Positions 7,412-7,472 of a stretch of 7,472 nt of DNA are shown here, piece after piece. A model generated the notes under the pieces. The model was not told where the DNA came from. It worked only from the letters and a program-made list of their open reading frames with translations, and made no database searches. This DNA is from Candidatus Iainarchaeum sp. (lineage in GTDB: Archaea; Iainarchaeota; Iainarchaeia; Iainarchaeales; CSSED10-239). Position numbers and translations under genes: made by a program. Each line of letters starts with the position of its first letter. Within the stretch, counting starts at the first letter, position 1. The DNA lies in the NCBI GenBank assembly GCA_937968065.1, contig CALBUD010000065.1, positions 1-7,472 on the forward strand. Reading direction: 5' to 3'.

Positions 7412-7472
7412 ATGGCTTTAAAATGGATAGATGGTAAATGGGTTTGGGAGGAAGAAGAAGAAAACTATAAAA
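7412..7472 (+). CDS. 5' end of a further plus-strand gene, truncated by the window edge
   Basis: ATG 7412 lies 20 nt after the previous stop. The frame stays open to the window end and reads MALKWIDGKWVWEEEEENYK. It uses TGG three times and GGT once. Only 20 codons are visible. Confidence 0.4.
   Translation, partial: MALKWIDGKWVWEEEEENYK

Larger units (their letters stand above)
1..7472. mobile_element. Phage or prophage late-gene block (lysis cassette plus virion-type genes), decoded with TGA as a sense codon
   Basis: All genes are co-directional with gaps of 1-80 nt or small overlaps. A holin and a peptidase sit side by side, followed by an HNH-like gene and large proteins with no recognisable housekeeping function. 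No integrase, att sites or element boundaries are visible, so the extent and the free-versus-integrated state are unknown. Confidence 0.6.

Noticed and set aside
1-7472. Reading the many in-frame TGAs as evidence of pseudogenes or a decaying prophage
   Set aside because: Decay would introduce TAA and TAG stops and frameshifts as well. Here only TGA interrupts the frames, about 105 times. The frames stay intact for up to 785 codons, and conserved catalytic motifs are preserved across TGA positions.
1-7472. Table 4 (TGA = Trp, Mollicutes or known TGA-recoded phages)
   Set aside because: It would give about 6% Trp and about 3% Gly in the largest protein. It would also put Trp at positions that are Gly in the holin, papain-family, HNH-like and linker motifs. 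It is not formally excluded without profile-based code inference.
1-7472. tRNA, rRNA, CRISPR arrays, long tandem or inverted repeats, and transposase or integrase genes
   Set aside because: Visual scanning found none. The intergenic space, about 165 nt in total, is too small for a tRNA outside the hairpin region. The only repeated strings are short codon-level repeats inside the 785-aa gene. A tRNA scan on the full contig is still worthwhile.

Overview
AT-rich window (roughly 30% G+C by eye, not computed). The supplied six-frame ORF track is misleading because it assumes the standard genetic code. Track ORFs 4613..4840 and 5051..5293 share one frame. So do 5691..6053 and 6126..6500. In both cases the intervening sequence in that frame contains TGA but no TAA or TAG. 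If TGA is read as a sense codon, the window resolves into seven to eight tightly packed plus-strand genes. All of them end in TAA or TAG. By my hand count they contain about 105 in-frame TGA codons in about 2430 codons. TGA falls on conserved glycine positions in several recognisable motifs. Amino-acid composition is only sensible if TGA codes for Gly, while TGG still encodes Trp. The best reading is therefore NCBI translation table 25 (SR1/Absconditabacteria and Gracilibacteria), not table 4. Gene content looks like a phage or prophage late region. It holds a family-4-like holin, an adjacent papain-like (C1) cysteine peptidase as candidate endolysin, and a small basic HNH-like protein. These are followed by a 785-aa probable virion protein, a 337-aa two-domain protein and a 678-aa coiled-coil-rich protein. 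I saw no rRNA, tRNA, CRISPR array or transposase. The functions of the three large proteins are weakly supported. All motif matches come from memory of family consensus sequences, not from a database search.
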